A stretch of 32,000 nt of DNA from Candidatus Saccharimonadota bacterium (GCA_020160975.1 JAIUPJ010000001.1:450001-482000), one strand, 5' to 3'. Counted from the first letter of the stretch, positions 13,757-23,864 are shown. Notes: generated from the sequence alone by a model not told the origin. Numbers and translations: made by a program.

Positions 13757-15352
13757 CTACCTCGCTACATCGCGTGGAGTAGTGGCCGTTACGACACTGA
13801 ACTCTTGATTAGTACAATCTCTTGTCTTAGTAGCGTCTGCTTCCGGCTTCTTTTTGTCAAAAAAGGTAAATGTCACACTATCGCGAGTCGGCTTGCCCTC
13901 AAACGCACCATGGAATCGTAGCGTATCTAACCTCGTCGCACGGCACTGGTCATCAAAGCGTAGGATGCCGTATGATTGTTCGCTAGACTGAGCATCCGGC
14001 GGTGTAGCATCCCCGTAGCCAAATATTCCCCCACCAGTAAATGTACCGGTCACGATATGAGTGCCGTTGACTTGATCCTTATGCAAGTGGCCAGAGTTAG
14101 TGATAACAGCTTGTAGCTTCTCGGCCGCTGCTGGTTCGTGGGAGATCCCTAGATCGATTTCCTGGCCAGCAAACGTCCGGTTAAATAGCTCCCACACTGG
14201 CTTCTGCTTGACGGCATTGTCTTTGTTGTCGTCTCCATACCAACGCATGAAGTCATTGACGCCAGCAATTTTTAGGTCGCCAAAATGAGCCACCTGAAAT
14301 CTGTCTCTACCTGGCTGCAGCACGACCACGTTTGGAATAGCCATCAAGCGATCGATAAGCGCCGTATCATCAGGCGAACTACGGTCATGATTACCCAATA
14401 CGATGATATAAGGAACACCAAGCTTTGCGATATTATCAAAAATGCCGGCAAGCTCCGCCTCCTGAACTCGTCCCATGTTAAGCAAATCGCCGCTGTCTAT
14501 CACCGCCGTAATGCCCTCTTCTTTTATAACCTGCTCGAGCGAGGAGTACATATTTACCCCATGAATATCAGACACAAGCAGAAATGAGGGCCCCTCACTA
14601 GACTGCTCCTTCTCCATAGGAGTAGCCACCTTAGCAAGCGCTTTTTGAAGCTCAAGCCACGAAGCAAAATAGGGCTGGATCTGTTGAGAGCGTTTATTAA
14701 CTCCGTCAAGGACCAGTTCTCCTTGTTTTAAGAGTGAACCTGCAAGCCCATCAAGTTCAATCTTTTGGTATGGCCGAGTATACGTTGTAGCCGCGCTTAC
14801 TCCCTGGTAGGAAATTGCCAGTCCCATTGACGCCACGAGTGCGATTGCTGCCTCGCGAGATTTACGTCGTGCCACTGCCGAGTAAGCACCCATCGTGAGC
14901 AGCATTGCCAGTGCTGACCCTGTTGCATAGCGCTCGCCTAGTTGCAATGCCACCTGTTCAAGGCTCGCTCTCATCTGCTCCTCGCTTACGACGAGTCCCT
15001 GCGTGCCACCGCGAACGTATGAGTCTACTATCTCTGGCCGCAATGTAGGCTCGACAGTGACAGCAGGCGATGGCACCTTCGAGTCGAACGTAAGGTACAC
15101 ACCACCCAAGATCGATGATGCTTCCACCGTATCGAACCGCGTGTAAGAAAGCGAGACATCAGCTGCATAGTTTGCAGTCTGGATATGCGCAGGGTACACA
15201 TGAGTAGCAGTGACTCCTCCGATGTGCGCAGGCAGCACACCGAGTGCTGCAACACCGAGAAATCGCGTTAGCTTATGTGCACTGTGTGGCTTTTCAACCG
15301 GTTTTTGCCAGTCTTCAAGCATTGGCGCGGCCTCATAAGATTTTGTATCCAT
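13757..15352 (-). CDS. Membrane-anchored metallophosphoesterase (calcineurin-like)
   Basis: 531 aa. TM segments in the N-terminal half (FLGVAALGVLPAHIGGV; ALAMLLTMGAYSAV; AAIALVASMGLAISY). The C-terminal half has LLVSDIHG, DSGDLLN, LGNHD and GHLH motifs. Confidence 0.75.
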   Translation of the reverse strand: MDTKSYEAAPMLEDWQKPVEKPHSAHKLTRFLGVAALGVLPAHIGGVTATHVYPAHIQTANYAADVSLSYTRFDTVEASSILGGVYLTFDSKVPSPAVTVEPTLRPEIVDSYVRGGTQGLVVSEEQMRASLEQVALQLGERYATGSALAMLLTMGAYSAVARRKSREAAIALVASMGLAISYQGVSAATTYTRPYQKIELDGLAGSLLKQGELVLDGVNKRSQQIQPYFASWLELQKALAKVATPMEKEQSSEGPSFLLVSDIHGVNMYSSLEQVIKEEGITAVIDSGDLLNMGRVQEAELAGIFDNIAKLGVPYIIVLGNHDRSSPDDTALIDRLMAIPNVVVLQPGRDRFQVAHFGDLKIAGVNDFMRWYGDDNKDNAVKQKPVWELFNRTFAGQEIDLGISHEPAAAEKLQAVITNSGHLHKDQVNGTHIVTGTFTGGGIFGYGDATPPDAQSSEQSYGILRFDDQCRATRLDTLRFHGAFEGKPTRDSVTFTFFDKKKPEADATKTRDCTNQEFSVVTATTPRDVAR

Positions 15353-15413
15353 CAGTAGTTATAATTATACAACATATCACAGAAAGTGCAAAGTATAATA
15401 TGATAGAAGTACT

Positions 15414-15812
15414 ATGGAAGACTCAATTTTTACAAAGATCATCAAGGGTGAGGTTCCTTGCCACAAGATTTATGAAGATGACAAGACAATCGCTTTCCTC
15501 GATATCGAGCCGGCAGTCCACGGGGATACACTAGTTGTACCCAAGGTGCAAGTTGATCAATTTAACGACCTCGATGATGAAGACTACTTCGCAGTCTGGA
15601 AAACAGTCAAAAAAGTTGCCAATAATCACCAACAAAGGCTCGGTACTGATCGAATTGGCGTTGTTATTAAGGGTGTTGATGTCCCGCATGCGCATGTTCA
15701 CATCGAACCATTTAACGTTGGCCAACACCTTAGCCCAGGCAAAAATGAACTAGAAAGGCCTACTCAAGAAGAGCTCGCGGCTCTTGCCGAGAAGCTTCGT
15801 TTCGATGATTAA
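15414..15812 (+). CDS. HIT family (histidine triad) nucleotide hydrolase
   Basis: 132 aa. N-terminal IFTKIIKGEVPCHKIYEDDKTIAFLDI and the triad HAHVHIEP. Confidence 0.85.
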   Translation: MEDSIFTKIIKGEVPCHKIYEDDKTIAFLDIEPAVHGDTLVVPKVQVDQFNDLDDEDYFAVWKTVKKVANNHQQRLGTDRIGVVIKGVDVPHAHVHIEPFNVGQHLSPGKNELERPTQEELAALAEKLRFDD

Positions 15813-16260
15813 GCTCATTGCCATCGGCAAAAAGCATGAGCCATGGGTACATGAGGGCATCAAACGCTACCAAAAGCGCCTACGAGCACCGTGGAGCCTA
15901 GAATGGGCGCTTTTGCCACACAGCAGTCTAGAGGGTGCTAGGGCCCGCCAGGACGAGTCTGAGCGCATACTTTCAAAGCTCAGCCCCTCCGACTATGTTG
16001 TGTTGCTCGACGAACGCGGCAAATTACTCGATTCCCCTGTTCTCGCTCGTACCCTGCATCAACAGATTGAAACCTCAAGGAGCATTGTGATTATCATTGG
16101 CGGCGCCTACGGCGTCTCCGACGAACTCCAGCAGCGCGCCGACCTCGTATGGTCACTCTCCCCTGCCGTCTTTCCCCACCAACTCGTCCGCCTCATCCTG
16201 GCCGAGCAGCTCTACCGCTCGCAAGAGATTGTAGCGGGGCGACCGTATCATCATGAATAA
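15805..16260 (+). CDS. rlmH: 23S rRNA (pseudouridine1915-N3)-methyltransferase RlmH (SPOUT)
   Basis: ATG at 15805 (MIKLIAIGKKHEPW) overlaps the HIT stop by 8 nt. The C-terminus ..FPHQLVRLILAEQLYRSQEIVAGRPYHHE is typical of RlmH. The track's start at 15784 is a non-ATG extension. Confidence 0.85.
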   Translation: MIKLIAIGKKHEPWVHEGIKRYQKRLRAPWSLEWALLPHSSLEGARARQDESERILSKLSPSDYVVLLDERGKLLDSPVLARTLHQQIETSRSIVIIIGGAYGVSDELQQRADLVWSLSPAVFPHQLVRLILAEQLYRSQEIVAGRPYHHE

Positions 16261-16361
16261 TAAGGAGCTCTGAATTCTAAATTCTAATACATTGACACTC
16301 TCTTGACATTTCATAAAGTTTATGCTAAGTTAGAGAAAGTAAAACATAATCAAAAATAAAT

Positions 16362-16709
16362 ATGCTATCAACCATCTTCCAATCATGTATGACCGTTATC
16401 AGCCTGTTGACCGCCCTTGGTGTCTTTATGCACGACGGACGCGTTGACAGGGCCACGCTCACTGCGGTCAATCCACGCTTTGATCAGGCGCATCTGTCAG
16501 CGACAACCTACTTGCGCTTCAAAGATTTCATCGACACCGATGCCCATACTCACCCCGACCACAATGCCGGCAAATCGCTTTTCTCAGGTTTTCAGTATCA
16601 GTCCCCTAGCATCGCACCCCGCCGCGACTCACATCACAAGCAGCTCAAGTCATTTCTCGAGGGGAGTCGCCATGCTTTCGACAACACAAATCTCCCCGTA
16701 CTCGATTAG
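16362..16709 (+). CDS. Hypothetical small protein with N-terminal hydrophobic segment
   Basis: 115 aa. CMTVISLLTALGVFM is a signal/anchor-like segment. The rest is His-rich and polar. TTGACA-type promoter elements lie at ~16293-16310. Confidence 0.45.
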   Translation: MLSTIFQSCMTVISLLTALGVFMHDGRVDRATLTAVNPRFDQAHLSATTYLRFKDFIDTDAHTHPDHNAGKSLFSGFQYQSPSIAPRRDSHHKQLKSFLEGSRHAFDNTNLPVLD

Positions 16710-16743
16710 CAAGAGAATATCTTAGAACTTAGTTTTGTTATGA

Positions 16744-19308
16744 TTATCCGTTGTCGCTGCCGATAACCGTCAGCTCGTCTTGCAAACGCCCGACAAGTGC
16801 CTGTTTGGCCGTCAGCTGCTCACGTGACTCCTCGACCAGGGCTGCGGGCGCTTTGGCAACATAGCTTTCGTTGCTAAGGCGCGCCTCGAGGGTTGCCACT
16901 TCGCGACGAGCATCAGCCAGTCGTCGCTCAAGGTTCGACTGGTGTTCATATAGCGTCTCGGCATTTACATCGAGCCAGGCATCACGACCACTGGCAGCGA
17001 GCCGCAATCCGCGCGGCTGATCGGCATGCTCGATGCCGCGGAGTCGTGCTAGCTTGATGATAAGTTCTTGGTTGTCTGCCACTAGTGAATCATCCAAATA
17101 CACAAGCGTGTACGTTTCGTTGCCTGGCAATTCACTCGCCACATAGCGCGCCTCGGTGACAAGTCGTTTGAGCCGCCCGAACTCTGCCGCTGCGATCTCG
17201 CTACAGTCCTTTTGTTCAGGCCAGTGGTCGCCTGCCAGCAGATTGGTTTTCCAGTTTAGTGACTGCCAAATTGTCTCGGTCACAAACGGCGCAAACGGAT
17301 GCGCCAGACGCAAAATCGTCTCGAGCACATAGGCGCTCATATCGGTATGCTGCTCGGTTTTACTAACCTCGACATACCAGTCGGCCACATCATCCCATAG
17401 CGCATGGTATATCGTCTCCACCGCCTCGGCGAAGTTGTAGTCTGCCATCTGTCGCTCCAGCTTGGCTGTCGCGAGATTTAGCCGGTGGACAATCCAGTGG
17501 TCGGCCAGAGTTTTTGGTGCAGGATCAGCCGCTGGAGTTGATTCGCCGATACTCGCCTCTATAAATCGTGCCACGTTCCACAATTTGTTGCAAAAATTGC
17601 GACCCGCAATCACCTTGCTGGTGCTAAATGCCTGACTCTGCGCAGCACTGCGGCTGGCCACAATCCCCATGCGGAGCGCGTCTGACCCGTATTCTGAGAC
17701 CAGTTCCATCGGGTTAATTACATTTCCCTTGCTCTTGCTCATTTTTTGGTTATGCTCGTCATTAACCATGCCGTGCAAATACACGTCTTTAAACGGCACT
17801 TTGCCAGTACGGTACAGACCCAGAACAATCATTCGCCCTACCCACTGGTAAATAATGTCGTATCCTGTCTCCATGACGCTAGCAGGATAATACTTGGCGA
17901 GTTCACTCTGCGGATCGAGTGCGTCAGTCGTAATAAATGGCCACTGACCGCTGCTGAACCAGGTATCAAAGGTATCTTCTTCACGTCTATATGTTGTACC
18001 ATTTACAATGATTTCTTTTTCATTCACACGATCGTCAAATATCCATTCTTCGGGGTTGGCTGTACTCTGAAACGCTGGAATCGGAATACCCCATGGAATC
18101 TGTCGGCTGAGATTCCAGTCGCGGATGTTTTCGTAATATTGAATCAGTAGCTTGCCGCGGTTTTCGGGTACGAAACGGATCTCCCCCGCCTCAATTGCCT
18201 TGATCGCTGGGGCTACAAGTGGCTTCATACTGAGGAACCACTGGTCTTTGACAAGTGGTTCGATAACCGTGCCGCACTTGTAGCAGTGCCCTACTGCGTG
18301 CTCAATATCGGTTTCTCCTCGGCGCAGCTCCTCAATTTCGAGCGCAGCTAGGATTTTTTTGCGGGCATCAAGCGCTGGCAAGCCAAGATACGGATGACCG
18401 ACATTGATCATCGTCCCGTCGTAGCCAATCACCTGGATGCGTTCAAGGCTGTGGCGCTCTCCTATCTCAAAATCATTTGGGTCGTGTGCTGGAGTAATCT
18501 TCACCGCCCCTGTGCCGTAGTTCATATCAACGTATTCATCTGCAATCACCGGAATCTCACGTCCAGTCAGCGGCAGTTGGACATTGGTACCGATCAAGGT
18601 TTTGTAACGCTCGTCATTTGGATTGACAGCCACGGCAGTGTCACCGAGCAATGTTTCGGGACGGGTGGTCGCCACCACGATCTCCCCTACTTTGTCGAGT
18701 GTCGGATAGGCAATCTTATAGAGCTTGCTCTTCTCGGTCTTGTGGACGACTTCGATATCAGAAAAGCTCGTCTGGTGCTTGGTGCAATAATTAACCATCC
18801 GCTCACCTCGGTATACGAGCCCATCTTCCCACAGCTTTTTAAATGTATCGTAGACTGTGGTAATAACTTTTTCATCAAGAGTGAAGACGAGGTTGCTCCA
18901 GCTCGCCCCAGCGCCGAGCGCACGCAGTTGCAGCTCCATATTCCCCCGCTGACGGTCGACAAAATCCCACACTTGGGCATATAGCTGCTCCCGCGTATAG
19001 TCAAAACGAGTTTTGCCCTGTTTTTCCAGCTCCTTTTCATACACTACCCAGGTTTCAAAGCCCGCATGGTCTGCCCCTGGCAAATAGACAGCATCGTATC
19101 CCTTTAACCGATGAAAGCGCACCAAAATATCTTCGAGATCTGCCATCAATGCGTGCCCAGCATGCAGATTTCCATTGGCATTTGGTGGCGGCATGACGAT
19201 AGCATAGGGCTGCCCCTGCCCTTTCGGATCAAACACCCTACTCTGTTCCCAGAGCGCGTAAATGTTAGGTTCGTAGTCGTTTGGCGTGTAGGCTTTTGCT
19301 AGGTTCAT
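16744..19308 (-). CDS. valS: Valine--tRNA ligase
   Basis: HIGH-type motif PNANGNLHAGH, KMSKS present, and a C-terminal coiled coil. I prefer the ATG at 19308 (MNLAKAYTPNDYEP...). The track's 29-codon extension to 19395 is hydrophobic and has no RBS. Confidence 0.93.
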   Translation of the reverse strand: MNLAKAYTPNDYEPNIYALWEQSRVFDPKGQGQPYAIVMPPPNANGNLHAGHALMADLEDILVRFHRLKGYDAVYLPGADHAGFETWVVYEKELEKQGKTRFDYTREQLYAQVWDFVDRQRGNMELQLRALGAGASWSNLVFTLDEKVITTVYDTFKKLWEDGLVYRGERMVNYCTKHQTSFSDIEVVHKTEKSKLYKIAYPTLDKVGEIVVATTRPETLLGDTAVAVNPNDERYKTLIGTNVQLPLTGREIPVIADEYVDMNYGTGAVKITPAHDPNDFEIGERHSLERIQVIGYDGTMINVGHPYLGLPALDARKKILAALEIEELRRGETDIEHAVGHCYKCGTVIEPLVKDQWFLSMKPLVAPAIKAIEAGEIRFVPENRGKLLIQYYENIRDWNLSRQIPWGIPIPAFQSTANPEEWIFDDRVNEKEIIVNGTTYRREEDTFDTWFSSGQWPFITTDALDPQSELAKYYPASVMETGYDIIYQWVGRMIVLGLYRTGKVPFKDVYLHGMVNDEHNQKMSKSKGNVINPMELVSEYGSDALRMGIVASRSAAQSQAFSTSKVIAGRNFCNKLWNVARFIEASIGESTPAADPAPKTLADHWIVHRLNLATAKLERQMADYNFAEAVETIYHALWDDVADWYVEVSKTEQHTDMSAYVLETILRLAHPFAPFVTETIWQSLNWKTNLLAGDHWPEQKDCSEIAAAEFGRLKRLVTEARYVASELPGNETYTLVYLDDSLVADNQELIIKLARLRGIEHADQPRGLRLAASGRDAWLDVNAETLYEHQSNLERRLADARREVATLEARLSNESYVAKAPAALVEESREQLTAKQALVGRLQDELTVIGSDNG

Positions 19309-19483
19309 GGGAATGGAATCGTCCTCTAATTTGTTCTCTATTGAATAGAGTAATTTTTCACGCGAAAAGAGCACGAAAATAGCAATGGTTTTCACGTGAA
19401 AACCCTTACCTCTGTTGTACCTCTGTTTTCTCGCGTGTTTGTGTTGTCTCTAGTATAGCATAGATTGGGTGTATAATAGATGC

Positions 19484-20473
19484 ATGATAGTAGGGAAACG
19501 CTGCGACGAGCCAGAGCTCTGGAATGAAATCGTGCATGACCTCGATGGCCATCCATTGCAACTGTGGGGATGGGGGGAGCTCAAAGCCGCCCACAACTGG
19601 AGCGCACACCGAGTGATATTCGTTGACCACGACGATGTAGTGGTCGGAGCTGCCCAAATTTTGTCGCGCAAACTGCCCGGGCCGCTCAAGAGGCTTAACT
19701 ACGTGGCACGTGGGCCAGTCTGGTGCGACGGCAAGGAAGAAGCCGTTCTCGATGCGTTGGCGCACTACACAAAGCAACACCTGCCTGGTGTGGTACTGAG
19801 CATTGAACCGGACGACGAGGAAATCCCGCCCGCAGAGGGGTGGCGAACATCACCAAACCACATTTTGATCCCCCGCACATTGATTCTCGACCTCAACAAA
19901 GGCGAACCGACACTCCTCGAGGCAATGAGCAAAAAGACACGCCAGTACATCCGCAAATCAGAAAGGGAAGGGCTGGTTTTTCGTCAAGTCCACACCGCAC
20001 ATGAGCTTGCTCAGTGTTTAGAGATTTACCGTCAAACCGCTAGCCGCGCTGGTTTTCCTCTTCACAAAGACCAGTATTACCAGGATGTCCACCGATTCCT
20101 GGGTGATTCATCGATCATTTTTGCGGCATTCTCAGACCACGCGCCAGTCGCATTTGTCTGGTTGGCGGTTAGCGAAAAGACCGCCTTTGAACTCTACGGT
20201 GGGATGAACGACAAAGGCCAAGAGCTACGGGCAAATTACGCCCTCAAATGGCACGCCATCCGCAAATGCAAAGAATGGGGGATTGATCGATACGATATGA
20301 ACGGACTGCTCAATGATGGCGTCAGCACCTTTAAACAAGGCTTTGCCGACCACGAAGACATGTTGGCCGGAACCTATGATTATCCACTGTCACCCCTATA
20401 CACCACATGGTCAAAGGGGCTGCCTACCGCCAAAAAGACGATTCGTAGAGTCAAAAAAATACTCCGACGCTAG
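19484..20473 (+). CDS. FemAB-family peptidoglycan interpeptide-bridge aminoacyltransferase (paralog 1)
   Basis: ~329 aa. LQLWGWGELK...RLNYVARGPV...YGGMNDKGQELRANYALKWHAI fits the FemAB/FemX fold pattern. In-frame ATG at 19484 lies 6 nt after TATAAT (19472-19477). Confidence 0.75.
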   Translation: MIVGKRCDEPELWNEIVHDLDGHPLQLWGWGELKAAHNWSAHRVIFVDHDDVVVGAAQILSRKLPGPLKRLNYVARGPVWCDGKEEAVLDALAHYTKQHLPGVVLSIEPDDEEIPPAEGWRTSPNHILIPRTLILDLNKGEPTLLEAMSKKTRQYIRKSEREGLVFRQVHTAHELAQCLEIYRQTASRAGFPLHKDQYYQDVHRFLGDSSIIFAAFSDHAPVAFVWLAVSEKTAFELYGGMNDKGQELRANYALKWHAIRKCKEWGIDRYDMNGLLNDGVSTFKQGFADHEDMLAGTYDYPLSPLYTTWSKGLPTAKKTIRRVKKILRR

Positions 20474-21057
20474 CGTGTTTCGATGTCGACTGCTCCGTGG
20501 CGGTAGACGATTGTTTCACCCTTTTCGTCAAACCCAATAATCGTAGAGGGCGGTCGCTCGCCGAGATCTCCTGCGTCGACATAGAAGTCTACTTCATCAC
20601 CAAAATAATTCACCGCTTCGCCGATCGTACGCGAGGTAGGGGCTTTTGGTGTGTTTGCACTTGAGGTCATGAGCGGGCCAACCTGCTCGAGTAGCTGAAT
20701 AATGGCTGCATCTTTCGGGATACGCGCCGCCATGTGTGTTTGGCCTTCTTTGAGATAGTCAGGAATCGAAAATGTTGTCATTTCTACACTAATTGCATTT
20801 GGCCAATAGTGAGCTGCCCGAGCAAGTTCTTCAAGAGAAAACCCCGTCTCGTGTAGCTGTTCAACTGATGCCGCGATGGTGGTGCCTGGCTGCCGTTTGC
20901 GTTGCTTGAGCGAATACAACCGCTTAACAGATTCCCTGTGGAGCGCGGGTGCGACCAGGCCATAGACCGTATCGGTTGGCAATATGCCAACAGCGCCCTG
21001 CTGCAGCATCCTCTTCAGAGCAGGGTCACCCAGGGAAGAGAAGTGTTTAGCCGTCAT
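20470..21057 (-). CDS. tsaC: L-threonylcarbamoyladenylate synthase (TsaC/YrdC family)
   Basis: 195 aa with GILPTDTVYGLVA and SSANTPKAPT motifs. Directly downstream of tsaD. Confidence 0.8.
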   Translation of the reverse strand: MTAKHFSSLGDPALKRMLQQGAVGILPTDTVYGLVAPALHRESVKRLYSLKQRKRQPGTTIAASVEQLHETGFSLEELARAAHYWPNAISVEMTTFSIPDYLKEGQTHMAARIPKDAAIIQLLEQVGPLMTSSANTPKAPTSRTIGEAVNYFGDEVDFYVDAGDLGERPPSTIIGFDEKGETIVYRHGAVDIETR

Positions 21058-21058
21058 G

Positions 21059-22183
21059 TTAGCGTCCGGTAGCCCAGGCGGTTTGCGCCATCGATATACT
21101 CGGTACTACTTCAAGAGAGTAAGGGTCAGCAGCAGCTCTTTTCTGCGCATAGTAGTACCCTAGGGTTGCGATCATGGCGGCATTATCGGTACACAGCTTC
21201 ATGGGGGCATACTCGATAGTAATCGGCAGGCGAGCGCTCAGCTCGTCACGAAGTCGCTGACTCGCCGCTACCCCGCCCGCAATCACTACTGCTGATGGCT
21301 GATAAGCACGAAAAGCCGCTTCCGCCTTGTCCACCAACGTTTCTACGGCCACGCGCTGGAAACTTGCAGCAAAATCTTTGCGCTGTTTGGCCGTGAGAAG
21401 CCCTGAGAGCTCGTGCGAGGGAAAAGTAAAGTCTTTGCCTACTTCACGCTGCGCGGCCCTCAGAACGGCTGTCTTGAGGCCTGAGAAGCTAAAATCATAC
21501 GGTGAGGCTAATTTCGACTTCGGCAATGCATACCTGTTAGGATCGCCCTCTGGTGCAGTGAGGTCTATCGATACACCGCCAGGGTAGGGCAGTCCAAGAA
21601 TCTTCGCCACTTTGTCGAAGGCCTCTCCAACTGCGTCATCTTGGGTTTGTCCTAGCAGCTCATAGTCGCCATGTTCACGAAACAACACCAGCTGGGTATG
21701 ACCACCGCTGACAATCAAGGCCAGCATAGGGAAGTCCGGCTGCTTGCTGGGCAATTGTAGCTGCGGCTCCAGCGTCTCGGTCTGCGCCGTAATGAAGTTG
21801 GCATAGACATGCGCTTCGACATGATGAATTGGATATAGTGGCTTGTCGTGCAAAATGGCCAATGTTCGCGCCGCCAGTGTGCCGACCAGCAGTGACCCCA
21901 CCAGCCCGGGTGCATAGGTGACAGCAATCGCATCGATATCTTCCCAGCTGCACTGGGCGTCTCGGAGTGCCTTTTCAATGACCGGATTAATTGCCTCGAT
22001 ATGGCTCCTCGCCGCAATCTCGGGCACCACGCCACCATACTGGGCGTGGATATCGATCTGAGTCGCGACCACATTTGAAAGCAATCGAAACCCATCCTCT
22101 ACCACAGCGGCAGCGGTTTCGTCGCAACTACTCTCAATTCCCAAAATTTTCACTGGTGTTATTGTACCATTTTTGTCCCTCAC
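21059..22183 (-). CDS. tsaD: tRNA N6-adenosine threonylcarbamoyltransferase
   Basis: 374 aa. ILGIESSCDETAAAVV, HHVEAHVY and LIVSGGHTQL are Kae1/TsaD hallmarks. Confidence 0.92.
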   Translation of the reverse strand: MRDKNGTITPVKILGIESSCDETAAAVVEDGFRLLSNVVATQIDIHAQYGGVVPEIAARSHIEAINPVIEKALRDAQCSWEDIDAIAVTYAPGLVGSLLVGTLAARTLAILHDKPLYPIHHVEAHVYANFITAQTETLEPQLQLPSKQPDFPMLALIVSGGHTQLVLFREHGDYELLGQTQDDAVGEAFDKVAKILGLPYPGGVSIDLTAPEGDPNRYALPKSKLASPYDFSFSGLKTAVLRAAQREVGKDFTFPSHELSGLLTAKQRKDFAASFQRVAVETLVDKAEAAFRAYQPSAVVIAGGVAASQRLRDELSARLPITIEYAPMKLCTDNAAMIATLGYYYAQKRAAADPYSLEVVPSISMAQTAWATGR

Positions 22184-22204
22184 GCAAGAACAGAGTAGCT
22201 CCTT

Positions 22205-22498
22205 CTACGCCACTGGTGGCTGTGTAGGGGGCTGGGTAGGTGGCTGCACGGGTGGATACGAAACGATCGGATAAGTGCGGTTCACGCTTTTACGAACACT
22301 GAACCAGTAGATAAGCGAGCAAAATGGCACAAGAATCACCAACAGCAGCCACATTGTCTTGTCTTTCCACTGGTCACTCCGCTTGGTGATATCGATGATA
22401 GCGAGAATATAGATAATAAGCGCCGCTACTCCTAGGCCCATCGCCGCCAACTGCAACGCTACCACCACTAAGAAAACTAGTATTCCTATAAACTCCAT
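22205..22498 (-). CDS. Small membrane protein, PLD-nuclease-N-terminal-like domain with PTQPP repeats
   Basis: 97 aa, two TM helices. ILAIIDITKRSDQWKDKTMWLLLVILVPFCSLIYWF resembles the PLDc_N motif. C-terminal PPVQPPTQPPTQPPVA. Confidence 0.5.
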   Translation of the reverse strand: MEFIGILVFLVVVALQLAAMGLGVAALIIYILAIIDITKRSDQWKDKTMWLLLVILVPFCSLIYWFSVRKSVNRTYPIVSYPPVQPPTQPPTQPPVA

Positions 22499-22571
22499 GC
22501 CATGACTCTCCTTATCAGTATTACTATATATTCAGTATACAGGGTACTGCGATGTGCGATACAATATTGCT

Positions 22572-23864
22572 ATGAAGCAGCAATTGGTTCGTGGGGTACG
22601 AAAAGCATTGCCAAAAAAAGCCGTGCACAGTCTTGAGGACAACTATCGTCGCCAGCGCGCAAAGCTCGTCTCGACTCGCTATGGCCACCCAGCTCGGTCG
22701 CTCAAGGTGATTGCTGTGACCGGTACCAATGGCAAGACCACTACGGTCAATTACCTCAATGAAATCCTCAAAGAAGCCGGCAAGACCACCGCGATGTTCA
22801 GCACCGCAACCATCGAGATAGCCGGCAAGACCAGGCGCAACAATCTCAATGCCACAGTCGCGAGTGTCCGCCACATGCAAGAGTTCTTTCGCGATGCCAA
22901 ACGCGCCCGTGTCGACTATGTGGTGATGGAGTTCCCTAGCCATGCGATCCACCAGCATAAACTTGCTGGCGTGCCGATCGAGATGTCAATCATGACCAAT
23001 CTCACCCAGGATCACCTCGACTACCATAACACCATGGAGGCCTATGCCGAGGTAAAGAGTCGTATCTTCGCGGGTGAGCCAAAATTCATCGTCCTAAACC
23101 GCGACGACGAATGGTTTGACTACTACAACAAGTTCGCTGCCGGCGCCCAAAAAATCACCTACGGTACTCACAAAGAGGCAGAGGCAAAAATCGAAAAAGT
23201 TAAACTCTATCGCAAGGGGACAGAGGCCAAAGTGACAATCGATCACCAGACCAAACTCGATCTCGCTACAAATCTGCCAGGCGAGTTCAATGTCTACAAC
23301 ATGACGGCGGCGGTCGCGGCGGCGTATCTACTTGGCATCGAGCTCAACGACATTGTCGAGGGAATTGCTAATCTAGAGGAAATTCCTGGGCGGTTTGAGC
23401 GTGTCGGGGAGAGCCTGCCTTACGACGTCATCGTCGACTACGCCCACACCCCTGATGGACTAGAAAAACTCCTAACTGCCGCTCGCTCCATCACCAAAAA
23501 TCGCGTGATTTTAGTCTTTGGCTCCTGTGGCGACCGAGACAAAGCCAAGCGTCCGCTTATGGGCGAGATTGCCGCGCGCCTCGCTGACCGTATCTTCCTG
23601 ACCGACGAAGAAAGTTACAACGAAAATCCCGACGACATCCGTCGCATGATTGACGAAGGAATACAGCGCGTAAAGGGAGGTTCTATGAAAACCACCGAGA
23701 TCCCTGACCGGCGCGACGCTATCGAAAAAGCCCTCAGCGTTGCCACCAAGGGCGACATGGTACTCATCACCGGCATGGGCCATGAGGTCTATCGCATCGT
23801 CAACGGCAAGCGCATCCCGTGGAACGACGCCGAGGCCGTCCGCGACATCTTAGGCGTTAAATAA
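22572..23864 (+). CDS. murE: Mur ligase, MurE-like UDP-MurNAc-tripeptide synthetase
   Basis: VTGTNGKTTT P-loop, MEFPSHAI, TNLTQDHLDYH, and DRDKAKRPLMG. The position of the usual DNPR motif reads DEESYNE, so the third-residue specificity is unclear. ATG at 22572 lies 6 nt after TACAAT (22560-22565). Confidence 0.7.
   Translation: MKQQLVRGVRKALPKKAVHSLEDNYRRQRAKLVSTRYGHPARSLKVIAVTGTNGKTTTVNYLNEILKEAGKTTAMFSTATIEIAGKTRRNNLNATVASVRHMQEFFRDAKRARVDYVVMEFPSHAIHQHKLAGVPIEMSIMTNLTQDHLDYHNTMEAYAEVKSRIFAGEPKFIVLNRDDEWFDYYNKFAAGAQKITYGTHKEAEAKIEKVKLYRKGTEAKVTIDHQTKLDLATNLPGEFNVYNMTAAVAAAYLLGIELNDIVEGIANLEEIPGRFERVGESLPYDVIVDYAHTPDGLEKLLTAARSITKNRVILVFGSCGDRDKAKRPLMGEIAARLADRIFLTDEESYNENPDDIRRMIDEGIQRVKGGSMKTTEIPDRRDAIEKALSVATKGDMVLITGMGHEVYRIVNGKRIPWNDAEAVRDILGVK

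Noticed and set aside
19309-19395. 29-codon N-terminal extension of valS; likewise the extensions at 6888-6920, 7594-7668, 15784-15804, 19469-19483 and 22554-22571
   Set aside because: The extensions start at non-ATG codons or overlap upstream genes or repeats. They add non-conserved-looking residues ahead of a canonical N-terminus with a better start context.
19309-19460. T-box riboswitch upstream of valS
   Set aside because: The leader is only ~130 nt. It contains no T-box consensus (AGGGTGGnACCGCG-like) and no specifier-loop or antiterminator architecture, only short palindromes.
20470-20473. Convergent FemAB and tsaC genes share their stop codons in one palindromic CTAG
   Set aside because: It is real, but it is a trivial consequence of genome compaction. 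There is no hairpin or other signal, so it is not a system in itself.
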